From Candidatus Poribacteria bacterium (GTDB lineage Bacteria; Poribacteria; WGA-4E; UBA9662): a stretch of 43,779 nucleotides of DNA. The translations under genes were made by a program, and so were the position numbers. Each line of letters begins with the position of its first letter. The stretch's first letter is position 1. The notes under the pieces are model-generated. The model was not told the origin of the DNA. It saw only the letters and a program-made list of their open reading frames with translations, and searched no databases. Location: positions 1 through 43,779 of the forward strand of contig JAYGDX010000202.1 in the NCBI GenBank assembly GCA_046582655.1, read 5' to 3'. This document shows, one piece after another, positions 42,348 through 43,779 of this stretch.

Positions 42348-42932
42348 ATGAAATTAAATGGACAGCAATTGATTCTTGCGATATTGTCTTTCTTTTCTTT
42401 GCCCCTACTATTAACTAACGTCTCCGTTGGTGAAGTATTAATTGAAGATGATTTTGAAGGAAAGATTGATAAGGGTATGTAGGATGTTCCAGCGGTTTGG
42501 ACTATTGACAAAGGGGCGCTGAGTGCCAACGGCGGAGGTATCAGAATTACTAAGAGGACGGACTTTATTGACTTCGAAATATATTATGACTTCAATATGC
42601 AAATAAACTTATGGGATGCTGAACCGGTTGTACGAGCGAGTGACAAAGGTAATCTTTATATGTTTCAGATCGTAGCTGATCCTCGCCATCAGTTTTGGAA
42701 CCATATTCAAACAAATAACAAGTGGAATATTCCTGATGAGTTTAAGATACCGGATAAATCAAAAGTGAATCCACAGATGGGTAAATGGTACAGTGCGAAG
42801 CTGGTAGTAGAGGGCAATACCTTCGAGCTTTACTATGGACCTGGAAAGAACTTAAAGGGAAAAGGACTTAAAAAAGCCTTCACCTGGACAGATAAGCAAA
42901 ATCTGGAAAATGATAAAGCACTTGGTTTACTA
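42348..42932 (+). pseudogene. Secreted DUF1080/LamG-like beta-sandwich protein with an in-frame TAG, interrupted by IS5
   Basis: AGGAG RBS, signal peptide, 'EDDFEG', TAG at 42480, 'WTIDKGAL', 'DFEIYYDF', 'GKWYSAKLVVEGNTFELY'. Confidence 0.65.
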
Positions 42933-43752
42933 GGACCTGTTAACATTCATTCATCGTTAGTGTCTTCTATGGTCATTGGAGGAAAGAACATATGAACAGA
43001 AAACTATTGCGAAACGACCACAGTGGGAAGGCATCAAGGATCTTCTGCCAGGCAAGAAGGGTGCCCCTGGCAAGACCGGCGGGGACAAGCGATTGTTGAT
43101 TGAAGCTGTGCTGTGGATTGCACGGACTGGGTCACCTTGGCGCGACCTGCTTCCTGCCTTTGGCAACTGGTACAGTGTGTACAGGCGGCACTCCCCTTGG
43201 GGCAAAAAAGGGGTTTGGAAACGTTTGCTGGAACAGGTCTCCGATGATATTGATCTGGAACAACTTCTCCTGGATAGCAGAATCATTGGAGTTCATCAGC
43301 ATGGCGCAGGTGCAAAAAAAGAAGGGCCTCAGGCCATCAGTCGCTGGCGTGGTGGATTGACCACCAAGATTCATTCAGCGGTTGATGCCTTAGGCAACCC
43401 ATTACGTTCCATTTTGACCGCCGGTCAAGATTCCGATCCAGGCTCCAGCCTTGATCCAGGGTTTGGATCCTGAGATGGTGATTGCCGACAAGGCAGATGA
43501 TGCCAATGATTTCATCCAAATGATCCAAGACATGGGAGTCATGGTGGTCATACCAGTGCGCAGTAATCGCAACCAACAACCAGAGTCTGATCTTCACTGG
43601 TACTAAGACCGCAACTTGGTGGAGCGTTTCTGCAATAAAATTAAACAGTTTCGCCGTATTGCCAGGCGCTATGAAAAGCTTGATCGCAACTTCATGTCTA
43701 GGCTCAACTTGGTGTGTACCATCATCTGCTTGGCGTGAATGTTAACAGGCCC
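42933..43752 (+). mobile_element. IS5-family (IS427 subgroup) element, full length with a degenerate transposase
   Basis: 17-bp TIRs GGACCTGTTAACATTCA / TGAATGTTAACAGGCCC (16/17); TA duplication at a CTAG site; 'EAVLWIARTGSPWRDL', 'GGLTTKIH..VDALGNP', 'IADK', 'RNLVERF.NKIKQFRRIARRYEK'; extra frameshifts and a stop. Confidence 0.93.
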
Positions 43753-43779
43753 TAGCGGATGAGTATACTCTATTCATCA

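Noticed and set aside
42480..42482. Stop-codon reassignment or readthrough explaining in-frame stops
   Set aside because: TAA, TAG and TGA all occur as internal stops together with frameshifts, and all three terminate intact genes.

Overview
Bacterial accessory and catabolic region, most likely from Candidatus Poribacteria. This is inferred from the C-terminal 'AVEP..L.LTWG.IK' motif on LamG proteins, five PhyH dioxygenases, three Gfo/Idh/MocA genes, and HEAT-repeat, FGE-sulfatase and DUF6785-like genes. Intact genes include guaA, a DUF1998 (MrfA/Hrq1-like) helicase, YihY, GDPD, an HpcH aldolase, sialidase-like and GH32-like hydrolases, two tandem secreted LamG proteins and a 1301-aa unknown modular protein. 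The window is heavily eroded, with about 10 pseudogenes or fragments and remnants of IS630, IS982-like, IS1 and IS5 elements. No rRNA, tRNA, CRISPR array or reverse transcriptase was seen. The most interesting signals are: a 14-codon Trp-Trp uORF running into a terminator 5 nt before the helicase start; a 2.1-kb segment bounded by 30-bp inverted repeats; an IS1 zinc ribbon fused in frame to a GH32 lacking the canonical acid/base Glu; a conserved covarying leader hairpin on the LamG pair; and a putative C-terminal sorting signal. All family calls come from motif recognition by eye, without database searches.
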